In this document: positions 63,329 to 64,000 of the stretch, piece by piece
Layout of the letters: every line of letters starts with the position of its first letter
How positions within the stretch are numbered: position 1 is the first letter of the stretch
From: Octopus sinensis
Taxonomy: Eukaryota
DNA length: 64,000 bases
Assembly: GCF_006345805.1 (NCBI RefSeq)
Contig: NC_042997.1
Span: forward strand, 51,026,001-51,090,000
Reading direction: 5' to 3'
The notes under the pieces: model-generated
Seen by the model: only the letters and a program-made list of their open reading frames with translations
Told to the model about the DNA's origin: nothing
Database searches by the model: none
Translations under genes and position numbers: made by a program

Positions 63329-64000
63329 CATCACTATAGAAAATGAATCATCAGCAAATATTCAAATGGGTATGCAACAAAATTTTGATAAAGAAGAATT
63401 GTGCACATCACTAGATCATCAGTTGAATTTAATGCACAACAGGTGTACCATAAAGGTGGAATAAACTGAAATATTGGAATCCACCGTAAGTTTGACCGAA
63501 CTAAAGAAATCGGTCAAAAAATAATATACGGCCCTGGTTATGGAATGGAAGTGATAAATTCCAGACCACATCGTTCCCTAGGCCATGCTGACTAACATTA
63601 TTTCCCCTGTATAAAAACTAAATCCACGCAGTACCCAGTATTTGCTTCACAAATTTCCCAAACTTTGAACCCCGATTTTGGGTTTGTTTACAATCTGCGT
63701 AAGTTTGTTTCCGAAGTGATCGCTTCAAACTAGCATACTGAAAAAAATAAAAGTCTAATGGTTTCACTTCCTAAGAAAGGCTATAGATAAACTTTATCTC
63801 CTCAGAAAAATTGCTAATAAAAACATTTTAAAAGTTTTTTTACTTCATTCCGATGTAAAATCGTCTTCGCTGTCGCCTTGGCCGCTTTGTTTCTTCGGAA
63901 GGCGCTGCTTTCATTTTCGGATAAAAAAATATTCATTATTTTGTACACCACGTGCTTTAGTACCTATTTCATTCTTTTCTCGATATCTCCCTATTTTCCG

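Noticed and set aside
63329-63338. catcactata matching the reverse complement of the LTR start (9 of 10)
   Set aside because: The PBS-adjacent copy fixes the LTR end at gttaca and CATC is the TSD, so I treat the match as chance.
63480-64000. CpG-containing stretch at the right edge
   Set aside because: No SGSH exon or element terminus could be recognised, so it is left unannotated.

Overview
AT-rich animal DNA full of microsatellites and SINE/LINE/Helitron/MITE repeats. The repeat types suggest an octopod cephalopod (inference). I reconstructed three protein-coding loci by hand from splice sites. (1) Minus strand: eight coding exons (50480 down to 14969, 327 codons, phases consistent throughout) encoding the disordered N-terminus of DNA ligase 1 (PIP box MQAFITSYF, GIPKRKTARK). 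I found no catalytic-domain exon in the remaining 15 kb. (2) Plus strand: a two-exon, 265-aa secreted collagen + C1q protein (5337-9043), apparently nested antisense in that LIG1 intron. (3) Minus strand: the last exon of sulfamidase SGSH (59233-58607). LIG1 intron 3 holds a dimeric higher-order satellite bracketed by Helitrons and split by a young 5'-truncated RTE LINE whose ~930-codon ORF is open and in frame with a satellite ATG. A Gypsy LTR element with an internal inversion and two deletions sits at 61711-63328, and several long fold-back elements are scattered through the window. I cannot demonstrate a wholly new system. The best leads are the nested otolin/C1q-like gene, a possible truncated LIG1 isoform with an A15 microexon, and the Helitron-satellite-RTE cassette. 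All coordinates and alignments were made by eye.
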